DNA of 64,000 nucleotides from Craspedostauros australis. Taxonomy: Eukaryota. The stretch's first letter is position 1, and each line of letters begins with the position of its first letter. Below, in pieces: positions 1 through 11,308 of the stretch. Position numbers and translations under genes: made by a program. The stretch is taken from positions 1 through 64,000 of the forward strand of contig JALAGF010003814.1 of the NCBI GenBank assembly GCA_030167865.1, read 5' to 3'. The notes under the pieces were generated by a model. It saw only the letters and a program-made list of their open reading frames with translations, was not told the DNA's origin and made no database searches.

Positions 1-2325
1 TCAACAGATCCCTCTGCCTCTCCCTCCACTTCCCCCACCAACAGCTTCCCACAGTCCGATCAATTCTTCGCGATCTTGGACCTCCTCGCACCATCGCTTC
101 TGACACCACCGACATCCATCAACGAATCAGCATTCGCAGATCCTGGCAGTATTCCGCACAAAGTGCTGGACTGGATGGCACGTCCGCAGAATGAACATGT
201 GACACAAATGATCTCTGGTGCCAACCATACCAATCACGCCAACACAGTGAGAAGACTCCTGGAGCACTACGGCTTCATCAGCTTGTACTACTCCATGAAT
301 GGAGAGGGTTGGACCGTGGACTTCGATCTTCCTTCCGATGGGGATATCTGCGGTTGGAACGATGGCAGTCGGGGCATCGGGTGTCAAGAGGATGGATACA
401 TCGTGAGCTTGCTCCTTCCCGATACCAACGTCCAAGGCGACATCGATCCAGCTCTGTATAATCTACGGAGCTTGGAGGATGTGCAGTTGCAGGCCAATCC
501 CATCACGGGGTCACTGTCATCGCATGTTGGCGATCTTACGAATCTCAGGGCCTTGCAACTGCATGAAAGCGGCCTTTCGGGCGAGCTGCCGACAACCCTT
601 GGTGCGCTGACCAAGCTGGAGATCTTTCGATCACTGGCGTCAATGGTGTCTGGTAAGATCCCAACCGAAATCGGCCAGTGCACGCTTCTATCTGATCTGG
701 AGATGAGTAGATGCCAGCTAACAGGGCAGATCCCGAGTGAGCTTGGCAAGCTAACCAAGTTGAATGGGCTGTGGGTGCATTCAAACCAGCTGAAAGGCCG
801 GGTCCCAACGCAGATCGGCCGGCTGACAGCAATGACGCGGCTTTGGCTGTATGAGAACAAGTTGACTGGGCCCCTCCCAACCGAAATCGGCAAGTTGACT
901 GACTTAGATCGGATTTCCATTCGCACAAACCTGTTCACAGGGTCCATCCCTTCCGAATTGGGCAATTTGAACAAGCTATCCATTCTCTTCGCATACAGTG
1001 CAGGGTTGACGGGCACTCTCCCGACAGAGATGGGCAAATTGACGAAGATGCAAAATATGCAGTTGCATGATAATAGAAGGCTGCGCGGGACAATCCCATC
1101 AGAGATGAAGAACCTAACAATGATGGAAGTGCTGAGCATCAGCGAATGCTCATTGAGCGGGAGGCTCCCAGCGGAACTAGGGAGAATGGAAGCGCTATAT
1201 GAACTGCACCTCCAGGACAACAGACTTGATGGTCCAATTCCGAAGGAATGGGGAGCACTCACCAGGTTGCAAGCAATGTATTTGTTTGAGAACTCCCTCA
1301 GTGGGCAGATTCCGTCCGAGCTGGGTGAATTGACTGCATTGACCTACTTGTGGGCTTACAAAAACTTGCTCACAGGACCGATTCCATCACAAATAGGGAA
1401 TCTGCGCCGATTGACCTCATTATCCCTGCATACCAATGCCCTCAGCAACACTTTGCCACCAGAAATCGGGTCCCTGGACAGGCTCACCCTACTATCGATT
1501 GGAGCAAACCGAATCAGCGGACCAATCCCTTCCGAGTTGGGTCAGATATCCAGCCTGACATCTATCCGTATCCAGGTCAACCGATTCAATGAAACGATAC
1601 CACCTGAACTGGGCAACCTGCATCGGTTGTCGAACTTGGGCCTCTTCCGGAATCAACTGACAGGCGCCATACCAACCGAAGTGGGCAAGATGACATCTTT
1701 AACGCTTCTCTCAGTCCGGGAGAATCAGTTGATCGGGACACTTCCGACTGAGCTTGGAAAGCTGACTCGTCTCACACTCCTGTACGTCTTCAGCAACAAC
1801 ATGGTTGGGCCAATCCCTTCAGAAGTGGGGAAGCTGAGCAAGATGAAAAAGTTGCGAATGTACGACAACGGCTTCAACGGCACCATCCCAACACAGCTTG
1901 CAGCATTGACCAAGCTGACAAACCTCAGCATCCGGAACACCTTGATCACAGGCAATCTGGACCCGATCTTTTGCTCCGGATCGAGCATGTTGTCAGACCC
2001 GGCGGCTTTGTTTTGGGCTGACTGCAACGGAGACCCGGCGGAAGGGATTCTATCCCACGTTGTGTGTTCGTGCTGCACGGCTTGTTGCGGGCCGCTGGGT
2101 TGTGTGGAACAGAACGAAAACGCCAAGCAATGTCGTGGAGGATGCGTGGCCTGCGATACGAATGTCTTCGTCGCCAGCTGCGAGGAATGCCCCATCTCTG
2201 CACAACAAGAAAGTGGTGCAGACCAGTCGCAACAACAGGAGCAGGTTTGCTCAAGATCATGCTCGATGAATGAGACCAGCGGTATCTGCGAGCCAAGGAC
2301 TGTGTTCGGCAATGCCACAACATGA
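1..2325 (+). CDS. Leucine-rich repeat receptor-like protein (5' partial), ~21 plant-type 24-aa LRRs plus a Cys-rich C-terminal cap
   Basis: The frame is open from base 1 (STDPSASPSTSPT.. stalk) to TGA 2323-2325. A pre-LRR motif (HYGFISLYYSMNGEGW..DICGW..GIGC) precedes tandem LxxLxLxxNxLxGxIPxELGxL repeats. The cap reads ADC..VVCSCCTACC. Confidence 0.93.
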   Translation, partial: STDPSASPSTSPTNSFPQSDQFFAILDLLAPSLLTPPTSINESAFADPGSIPHKVLDWMARPQNEHVTQMISGANHTNHANTVRRLLEHYGFISLYYSMNGEGWTVDFDLPSDGDICGWNDGSRGIGCQEDGYIVSLLLPDTNVQGDIDPALYNLRSLEDVQLQANPITGSLSSHVGDLTNLRALQLHESGLSGELPTTLGALTKLEIFRSLASMVSGKIPTEIGQCTLLSDLEMSRCQLTGQIPSELGKLTKLNGLWVHSNQLKGRVPTQIGRLTAMTRLWLYENKLTGPLPTEIGKLTDLDRISIRTNLFTGSIPSELGNLNKLSILFAYSAGLTGTLPTEMGKLTKMQNMQLHDNRRLRGTIPSEMKNLTMMEVLSISECSLSGRLPAELGRMEALYELHLQDNRLDGPIPKEWGALTRLQAMYLFENSLSGQIPSELGELTALTYLWAYKNLLTGPIPSQIGNLRRLTSLSLHTNALSNTLPPEIGSLDRLTLLSIGANRISGPIPSELGQISSLTSIRIQVNRFNETIPPELGNLHRLSNLGLFRNQLTGAIPTEVGKMTSLTLLSVRENQLIGTLPTELGKLTRLTLLYVFSNNMVGPIPSEVGKLSKMKKLRMYDNGFNGTIPTQLAALTKLTNLSIRNTLITGNLDPIFCSGSSMLSDPAALFWADCNGDPAEGILSHVVCSCCTACCGPLGCVEQNENAKQCRGGCVACDTNVFVASCEECPISAQQESGADQSQQQEQVCSRSCSMNETSGICEPRTVFGNATT

Positions 2326-2437
2326 TGGTGGAACCAATTTACCATACAAAAATGTTCTCAATCATGATTGCATCGTGATTGGCACTTGACATTCTACTCG
2401 TAAACTCCTGGCGCATAGTAAATTGAACTGTTGTATT

Positions 2438-5400
2438 CTACGCGGACGCTTCAACTTGCGTTGGGGTGTCACCCCCATCGGTCTGCATCGTGATGGAAGA
2501 TCTCCTTGGCGATTCTGCATTGATCCAGTAGGTCTGCATCTCTCCCTTCCCCTTTGCGAACACTTTCTCCTGGCGAGGCACGAGCCAATTCCCTTTGCCC
2601 CGTGTTGCGATCGAATCCGCTGTGGATTGCGATACCTGGATTCGCCCTGGTATCCCGGTGCTCTCCATCCGCGAGGCAGTGTTGACCGTGTCGCCGAACA
2701 ACTGAAAGCGAGACTTCTCGCCTCTCAGAACTCCAGCTGTGACGCATCCGCTGTGCATTCCGATCCGGAGCGCCAGACTTTCTGTGCCAGCACCGAGCTT
2801 GTTCGACAACTTGTGCACGATCTCGTCAAGTCCGTGGATGCAGTCGTACGAAAACTTGGCCATCCGAATGGCGTGGTCAGGTTGACTCTCTGTGTAGTGC
2901 GTATGGTCGCATCGTTGTATGATCGAGAGATTGTGGAGGAGTGATTGCAAACAGGAATATGAGTGTGAGTGTGAGCGTGAGTGCGAGTATGAATGCGAGG
3001 CAAAAAGGTTCAAGTTGTAGATGCAATGAAGAGATCGATTTGGTGGTTCATGGCTGTCCTGTTTGCCAGTATAAGTATGTACGGTGAGAAGGCAATCCAA
3101 ATCATCCATCGAATGTCTCCTTTCCTCATTGAAGCGATATGGCACTTACGTGGAACCCCTGTTACTGCCATGTAACAGTCGCCAATCGTCTGTGAGGTAC
3201 AGCCGGAGACATGGAAATGTTTCCAGATAGAAGCATGGCGACAACAGTGTGGTGAGTTGATACCAAGATGGAGCACTGCGTTTCCGCACCATGTGGTCAG
3301 CCACGCAACCGCAATGACGAAAACAAACTCAAATCCATCCATGCACACAAAAAGCTTACCTCGACCTTGAAGACGTTGCGACGCATGGCGGCAGCATCGA
3401 ACGACTTGAAGATGCTTTCCAGCAGCTCAAAGACTTCTTCTGGCTCCCGATCTGAGCTCCACCGAGTGAAGCCGGCGATGTCCGCAAACAGAACCGTGCA
3501 TGATGCGAACTTCTCGGCTATTGGTGGTGAGTGCCCCTTGTCCAATGACTGTTCGTCCACTGTGGACCCTCCTGCCGACATGTCGCTATTTTTCGACGAC
3601 ACTTCTGATCTTTCGCTACGGCGCTTCTTTTTGTTGAGCAAACGGTGCTTGGTCTGTTGATTTTGGTGCTGCTGCTGCTGGCGCTGCTGCCGGCTCCGGG
3701 GGACATTGCTATCGTACTCCAACACGCGATCGCGGACAGTTGGTGGGAAAAGCGATGATACCACAGCAGTGGACTTCACGGCACGGTCCAGAACTATACG
3801 TTGGCGACGTTCCACGCAAAAATCATAAATCGCAAAGATGAGTGCAGCCACGATAAAAATCGCCACAGCCACGATAGCTTCCACGACCGCGCGCGAGTCG
3901 ACGTACAAGTCGCGGAAGGTGTCGGATGGGTAGATCCGAAGCTCGTAGCTAATGTACTCCAGGTTGAGGTCGACTGTTGTGAAGCTCCGTGTATCAGGGC
4001 CCTCGGCTTCGTCGATGACGGTGCGTTTGTTGTCAGCCCGGCCGTATTCGCCGTAGTCAGGGTCGTGGTGATCGTCGTTGCCCAGAAAGGACACTGCACC
4101 ACCGTCAATTTGGTAGGTGGCTTGCTCGCCGTTGCTGTTGGACAGTACGCACACGATGCCTTCGATGTTCTCTGGAAGGATGTTGGCGAAGAAATGGCGC
4201 CAGTATATCAGCGTGAACAGAGCACCTGTGACGACCTTATCTTTGCCAAAGGAGTCGAAGACGGGGTATGACAGAGCACTCAGTGGATCGCCCTCGTAAA
4301 CGAGGTCATTGTGACGGAATTGACCAAACTGGAGGAGCAAGTCGAAGATTTCCGTTGCATCGTCGCGCTTGTGCTCCGAGTCGCGATCGGCGAGATTGGT
4401 GAATTCATCGAGAGAGGCTTGTCCTGTCTTCAACATCTCGTCCAGCGATCCCTTGGCATAGAACGAGCCCCTCATGTCCTGGTTGAGGAGCTGTGTTTCC
4501 TTCGGAAGCACCGGCGTGACCTGCCAGATGGGCATGTAGGGCGCTTCCAACTGCGGATGGTTGGAAATGCGAACGTGCGCAGGGCGAAGGTGGTGGTGAG
4601 CAGGGCACCATGACCAAAGTGGGCGTACCAGAAATCGTGGTGTCGATGACAAGGATGAAGGCGATAATGTCGATAGCGTCGATAGCGTCAATAGCGATGA
4701 CAGTAACAGCACGAGGCATGGAAAGAGTCAGGGAAAGATGAAGAACCAACTCAACGGTGTTGACTTGCAAGCATTATTCTTTGGACGAGTTGGCTTGACG
4801 GCAATACTTCTGCCAACATATGCCTACCACTCAATGCACGCATGCATACACATGGACATGTGAACATGCGCAAATTCGAATATGACCGCAATAGACAGCA
4901 ACAAAAAGGGAGGCAACCTTGTCTTTGTGACGTACCTTGTCCGTGTCGGGTGACCAGATCTCTCCAGGGATCGTGGAGTTACCATCGATGGCTCCGACTT
5001 CGTCCTGTTGGGCAGAATCGATGGTGATGTTGGGTTCGTCAGAGTTTGCGTATCCGTACTTGGAGTCTTGCTCCGCCTTGAAGAGCCTCTCATCGCGCTT
5101 TGCATCGATGATGTGCTCGTTGTTGTCTCGCGAGTACTGCTCCCATCCTACCCTGTTCTCCTCCGTCACTAACGGCAGGTAGAAGAGGAGGATCATGTCG
5201 CCGATGATGCGACTGCTGGATCCCTTCACTTCGAAGTCGGGAAGCGTTACGTTCGGGAACGTGGCATTGGCTCCGAGAGCGTACGACGTGATGCTGATGG
5301 AGAGAGAATCCACGGCAGAGAGCTTCTGTTCGATGACCTGGTTGAAGCTCTCCATGACCTTGGCGGCGTGGAAGCGGAACTCAGTGCGGAACTTGTCATG

Positions 5401-5886
5401 CTGAGCGTCTCGCACGTAGAAGTAGACGCTGGCGGCTGTGGCGATTGCCAGGATGACGACGATGAGGCCGACCAGGCAACGCAGGATCAAGATCACGCGG
5501 GTTTCCTGTTTGGCCAATGTCTTGCGTTCTGTGCGGGCGGCCTCCCGTTTGATGCCCGAGATGCCATCATTTCTGCTGGAGTCCTTGGGCCGGTTGTCAG
5601 AGTGTATGGTCGCGGACAGATCCATTGCGGTGCTGGGCAAATGCTCGTCGATGGGTTGCTCTGGTCGGAGGGAAGTCATTCGTTCACGCAACTGTGGTAC
5701 GGATTGGTATCGGTCGATACTTTGGGGCTGCTGCTTGGCATCGTTGTTGTCGATATCGTTGTGGATATCGTAGTCGATGTCACCGTTGCACTCGACGTTG
5801 CTCGAGCTTGCTTGGGTGTTGTCAGAAGCAGATGCTTCTGAGTGCTCGTCAAAGTCGATCGAAGGGGTATGGAAGGAAGTACTCAT
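2438..5886 (-). CDS. Receptor-type class III guanylate/adenylate cyclase (TM - extracellular sensor domain - TM - cyclase), ~877 aa, no PDE domain
   Basis: Phase-consistent GT-AG model with exons 5886-4936, 4550-3360, 3189-3150 and 2889-2438; the first acceptor is the least certain. Motifs: TVLFADIAGFT, FKVE|TIGDCYMAV, LRIGMHSG, RFQLFGDTVNTASRMES, KGKGEMQTYW. Two hydrophobic helices flank a several-hundred-aa loop. Confidence 0.9.
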
Positions 5887-7550
5887 TTTATGAACAGATG
5901 GATGGACGGATGGGTGGATGCTGACAGACGGGTGCTGATAGATCGGTGTTGGATAGTGATGGGGGTGTTGGCAGAGTGGGACGATAATGTCGAAGTAGAC
6001 GGTGCGTGGAAGCACAATAGTTCAAAGGCTTCCTGTTCCGCCGACACTCAGTTTCTGCCTTTGTCTCCTTTCCTCAATCTACTGGTAGTCGGCCAACTGC
6101 TGAATCGGTCCTTCTGGGGTGGATGAACTGGATACGGTGGTTTTCAGGTCCCTCTTCTCTATTGTTGGTCGTGTCTTGTCTTGTCCTGATGCTTGTTGTT
6201 TGGTGTTGTCTTGTGTTGGGTTGCCTTTCTCGACGCTAGATTATGAGGAGAGTTGTGGATGCTCCAGCCAGGGGGAGCTGCACGGCTTTTCGCGACACAT
6301 TGCAGTCTTGGTTGATCACTCCCAAGGGAGGTTGAGTGGCGACAGGAGCGACGATGGCAGCGGCCACAGAATGATCCATCCATCCATCAAGAGACGCTCC
6401 GACATTGACATCAGATGTCTTGGTTTCTGAGTTCTGACAGCGATGTTAAAAAATGCCACGACATCTTTTCCTCATCAACAAGTTCGGATTTGGCGACATT
6501 TCGTGATTGTGTTGGGGGATGTTCGCTTGATGGCAACATACAATTTATGTCAACACGGAGAACAAAATATCATCACGTGCAATATTCTATTCTACAAGGT
6601 ACAGCGAAGGAGGAGCTTAGTCCGTCTTACATACAGCCTACTGTACATGCGAACCATGTCACTCTGATCCTCAACCCATGGCGTGTGTTGCGATCTGTGT
6701 GTCGATCGTGCTCATGCTCATGCTCATGCTCGTGACTGGCGGGATTGTGGGCCTGCCTTTCGTGGCTTGCACTTGTGGCCACATACCAAATCCATCCACT
6801 GATCAAGGTGTTTCGCTGCGAGAGGAGTTTCCCTCCCACTGCAGGAGCTGTTGTGCGGGTGTGGTCGAATACTCCCAGATTCGGCGCAGCGTTCGCCATC
6901 GGGAAGGGCCGAATCATTGATGAAGATCATGGGCTGGAGGGAACGGATTCTATCCTTCAGGGAGTCATTTGCGTCTTGGCAGACCGACGAAGCAAACAAC
7001 TGCTGGGTTCTTCAACGAACATCAACACGGGCTCCGACATCACCGTCGGTATCAAAAGCCCGCACAAACCAATTGTCGATGGTGCGGTGCCTCTTTCCGC
7101 TGATACCGTTCGCCGGCTTTGTCGTGCAATGACAAAACGTGACGCCTCTCCGGAACGGTGGAAGATGTTTTGTTCGCCAACCAATAGAACACGCTGCCGT
7201 ACACGTACTGGTTCATAGTATTCTGCGCTAGGATAGGCGTGGGTATGTCGCAGGAGCAAAGACCATACCTCCGCGTTGAACTTGATGCGCTTCCCGGAGG
7301 CAGAGACGCAAAGGATGTGTGGTATCGCAAGGCTACATGCTGTACGCTACATCGAAAATGAGGTTGGTGCCCAAGATTGTTCAGCTCTCGCATCCATTCC
7401 GCTCTTGTTCCTGGAGGCCCAAAGTGGGGGCTTGTTTGTCGATGATCTTGACATTCTGGTTGGTCGGTTCGATCTTGCCCATGCAATCTCTGTTCGTGTG
7501 TATTCACAAAGGGTGACTCCTGGGCTGCTTTCTGGGGATCGGTCTCAGAT

Positions 7551-9719
7551 TCAAAAGTCAATTTGTGGTGCCTTGGGTTTGCGTGTAGACGACGATGATG
7601 CAGAGATCTTGGTGTTGTGATTGCTGCTATTGAGGTTTCTCCTGCTGTTGCTGGTGTCGATACTTTTGCTGTTGGTGCTGGGGGCACCAGCGGCGTTGGT
7701 AAAGCCGCTGCTACCGCGACCGTTGGAGGAAGAGGAGGAGGATGACGACAACGACGACGATGTGCATGAGGATCTGCTCCTGTTCTTGGCGGCAAACATG
7801 GAAGATTTGGCAGCTGCTGTTTTGGCGGATGCATCACAGCTCCGGCACGGACTGGTCGAGAAGCTGACGCTGCTGCGCGGCTTCCCCTCCTTGTTGGTGT
7901 TGCTGGTGCTGACGCATTCGTTTTCTTCCTTGTGGACGGTGAACGAGATTCCGAAAGGAGAGTGAGACTTGGATGACCATGCTCCAGTTTGGTGCAAGGC
8001 AGTCCATTCCTCCTGTGTGAGGATCTCGACGACGATATGATTTTCACGATCCAGCAATTCATTTTGAGACTCTGATGATCTCTGATGGGACAGCTGTCGT
8101 CGTTGTTGGTGGTGCTGCTGTTGCTGTTGCCGACGCCGCTCCAACTGCAACAATGCCATCTGTTGAGCTGCGAGATCCATCGGCGACATGCCCGCCATCT
8201 GCAGTGCCCTTGCAGTCTCCGCATCCATCATACCCGGAGCCATTCCGACGGGCATCGCCCTCAATGTGGTAGATCCTGCCGCTACACCTCTGGTGCTCAT
8301 GGGCGAGCCTGTGCGTGGGTTGGCATTGCGGGCGGGCGATTGTGCCTGACCTTCAGATGCGAACGGCGCAGAAGAGGTGGTGGACAACGATGCCACATTC
8401 CCGAGCTGCTTCGTCTCGAACTCCTTCCATGTATCGACGATGCGCGCAGTGGACAGCAGACTCACGGTCTCACCATACACGTACTGTTCCAAATGTGGCG
8501 GGAGCAATGCCAACCGATGGCCGTCGCACAGCAAGGACGAAGCATCCGGTGGCAGCGGCTTGCTACCTTCCCCCGTCTTGATGTACTTGCGCCAACGATG
8601 GCACCATGCCCGCGGCACGATGTAGTATGTGCCCGGAATCAAAGGACATTCTCCGATTGCTGCCGCGGCTGCGTTGTTGACATGCTGCCGTAAACAATGC
8701 ACGGGCACACCCTTGGCGCGCGTGTAGAACCTGCGGATGAAAGGATTCGACAGCGGCTTCTTGCGTTCCAGTTTCAGCTGATCCAGCCGTTGCTGTTCTG
8801 TGCGACGCGCCGTCTCGGTCTCGACGAGGCAGTGCAGACACTCGCCTTCCAACGAGTTCAGAGTGGTGGACTCTGGGTAGAGCTTCTTGAGGATCTTCCA
8901 TGCCTGCTTGTCCAGCAAGCGCCGTCGTGAGCGCGCCGATTTGGCATTGCTGTAACGTTGCAGGTTGCTGTGCGTGCAAAGGATGTCGCCGTTGGCGTCT
9001 GGCCAGGGGGGCTGCACGTCCGAAAGGCGACGAGAACGCTGACGTTGCTGCTTCTTGGACAGCTTCTTGCGTTTCCCACCATGTCCGTGCTTGCCATCGC
9101 TGGGTGTGCCCGCGGCTGCCGTCGCCTGATCATCGTGGACCTTTTCAAGCCACAGCAAGGTCTTCTTAATCCACCCCTTGGAGATGTAGAAGCCGTTGCT
9201 GGAGGATCGCTGCGGTTCCGGCGAGCTGATGATACGCGCCACGATCGCCAGCTCCATGTGACGCAGATGCGCCAAGTTGTATCGCTCCACAAGCGGATTG
9301 ATGGATTGGCAGAAGTCTTGGGTCATCTCTGGGGTGTAGACGTACTCCGCAATGTGCTGGACGACCTTGTGGATCAAATCGGGCTGATTGTAGTGGCGAC
9401 ATGTGCGTTGCACCACGGACAGATCGTAGGCGCGGAGATATGTGAGCATATGGACCTGGATTTCTGTTGGAAGGTGGAGCAGCCCTGATGGTTGCTGCTG
9501 TTGCTGTTGCAGCTGCTGGTGGTGGCGTGCCTCACTCCCTGCCATGCCTGCTGCTATCATTGGTTGCGGATCCAGGATGGACGCCGGCACCATCGTCGCA
9601 AATTGTGGCACGGCGAGGATTTCTGTTTGCGGCACAGGTGTCGCAGGTGGCGGTGACTTCTTTCTTGTGACACTTGCATTGGGTGTTAATGGGAGGGGAG
9701 TTGGGTCGGCAGGCGACAT
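7551..9719 (-). CDS. F-box protein with DUSP-like (USP48-type) Cys/His-containing domains, ~722 aa
   Basis: Single long ORF, likely ATG 9719 (MSPADPT). F-box: LLHLPTEIQVHMLTYLRAYDLSVVQRTCR. DUSP-like segments: FYISKGWIKK..NGDILCTHSNL..LLDKQAWKILKKLYP..ECLHC and YYIVPRAWCHRWRKYI..PPDASSLLCDGH..ILTQEEW..PCRSC. Confidence 0.8.
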   Translation of the reverse strand: MSPADPTPLPLTPNASVTRKKSPPPATPVPQTEILAVPQFATMVPASILDPQPMIAAGMAGSEARHHQQLQQQQQQPSGLLHLPTEIQVHMLTYLRAYDLSVVQRTCRHYNQPDLIHKVVQHIAEYVYTPEMTQDFCQSINPLVERYNLAHLRHMELAIVARIISSPEPQRSSSNGFYISKGWIKKTLLWLEKVHDDQATAAAGTPSDGKHGHGGKRKKLSKKQQRQRSRRLSDVQPPWPDANGDILCTHSNLQRYSNAKSARSRRRLLDKQAWKILKKLYPESTTLNSLEGECLHCLVETETARRTEQQRLDQLKLERKKPLSNPFIRRFYTRAKGVPVHCLRQHVNNAAAAAIGECPLIPGTYYIVPRAWCHRWRKYIKTGEGSKPLPPDASSLLCDGHRLALLPPHLEQYVYGETVSLLSTARIVDTWKEFETKQLGNVASLSTTSSAPFASEGQAQSPARNANPRTGSPMSTRGVAAGSTTLRAMPVGMAPGMMDAETARALQMAGMSPMDLAAQQMALLQLERRRQQQQQHHQQRRQLSHQRSSESQNELLDRENHIVVEILTQEEWTALHQTGAWSSKSHSPFGISFTVHKEENECVSTSNTNKEGKPRSSVSFSTSPCRSCDASAKTAAAKSSMFAAKNRSRSSCTSSSLSSSSSSSSNGRGSSGFTNAAGAPSTNSKSIDTSNSRRNLNSSNHNTKISASSSSTRKPKAPQIDF

Positions 9720-11308
9720 TGTTGTCACGATACCAGGTCGAGAGGAGTCTATTATACTGGATGTATGGTGCGGGCAGGGAAGCACAGGGATGTGATCAAT
9801 GCAGACCCAAGTCGAATTGAATTGATTTGTGTTGAATGCAGCTGGAATAGATGAGAGCAAAGCAGAATGCTGGTACGTATTGGTGCAATGGTACGGGAGA
9901 CGGACGCTGACGTGTGTCCTTAAAATCTGAAGATTCAACTGCGCAGAGCGTGAGCTTCGCAGAGTGGAAAAGTAGATTCAACAGAAGCAATGATCCGTGG
10001 TCTCACGCGCTTGAAGAATTGTAGAACAGACCGTGGAGGTGAAGTCAGCGGTGTCGCTGGCAACACTTGATCTTCTTCCGTTTGTTCTTTTGGTTGCCCC
10101 CTTCCAAGTCGGGCAGATCGTATTATGTAAGACGAGCGAAGCTGCGCCTTGGTGATTGGTGAAAGAATGCCTCTCTTGTTCCTGCTTGTCAGTGTACGTA
10201 GAATGGCAGTGAAGTGCCGATGCAGCAGTCAACGAGGTGCCTCTCAACAATGTCGGAATGGAGGTGTTGTTGTTTCGCTTGCTTTGATTGATCTTCTCTT
10301 GTGACGTGCACGTATGAGTATTGCACCAGCTGAGCACCAGCCGAGTACTCTGATGGCAGGATCTTGTTCAATGAATGACTCGTTGCCTCAGCGTCTGGGT
10401 GAGATCTGTGAACGAATGAATGAATAGATGAATAGATGATGCTGCTTCGGTCGTTCGCATGCCAATTGGTATCTTTGGCAACGAATCACTTCTCCACCTT
10501 GCTGGTCTCTCTCGCGAATGAAGACAATGGCATTTGTTCTGGCAGCACGATCGTCTTCACGCAAACGACAACAGGAACGAAAGTCACAAACAACACTCTC
10601 TCTTGTGTCAATTTGACGAAATCTCGATGTAACGTGTCGCATCATGGCGGATTCCTCTTCGCGCCATTTCCTTGTCGTGGCACGAGCTGACATCTCGATC
10701 TCTCAGTCGTGCACACTCAGTACTGATTCCACACGAGATTTGCGTACGAGGTCCACAAAAAGATCGCGAAGAAAAGTGATGTCATCGAACGAACAACCAA
10801 ACAGAAAACGAAGAGAGGAACGCAGATTCTGACTTCTTTCTGTTTTGGAACTTGAATCTTCCGAATCAACCGAATAGATCACCGTTGATCGAATCATCCG
10901 ACTCAAAAGGAGGCCATCGCACGCGGCGACTTTGGCGGGGCACGATCTATCCGCGTCCTGGTCTTGTGCTCTCTGTTTTCGACAAGAGCACCGCAACGTG
11001 AGATGCACGAGAGCAGATTCGAGGCAAGACTTCGGACTACAGGAGACAGCTTCGTGATCAAAGTGGCGGGTCCGGTGCCAAGACCATCAACATGAACCCA
11101 GAAGAATATCTCGTGAAAGAGTGAACTTTCAGGGACAAGGCCATCAAGCACAGAGAGCTATTATATGTTAAAGTAAACACAAACACGGAACAGTAATGAG
11201 GATGTGAGAGATGTTCTTACTTTTTGTATTGCTATTCATTCTTGTCGGCGCAGAGCGTCTCGCTTACCCGCCATCGCCAAGTGATCGCCGCCGTGTGTTG
11301 TGACTGGC

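Noticed and set aside
460..1960. 72-bp periodicity that might resemble a CRISPR-like or satellite array
   Set aside because: Explained by the 24-aa LRR coding repeats; there are no identical direct repeats with unique spacers.
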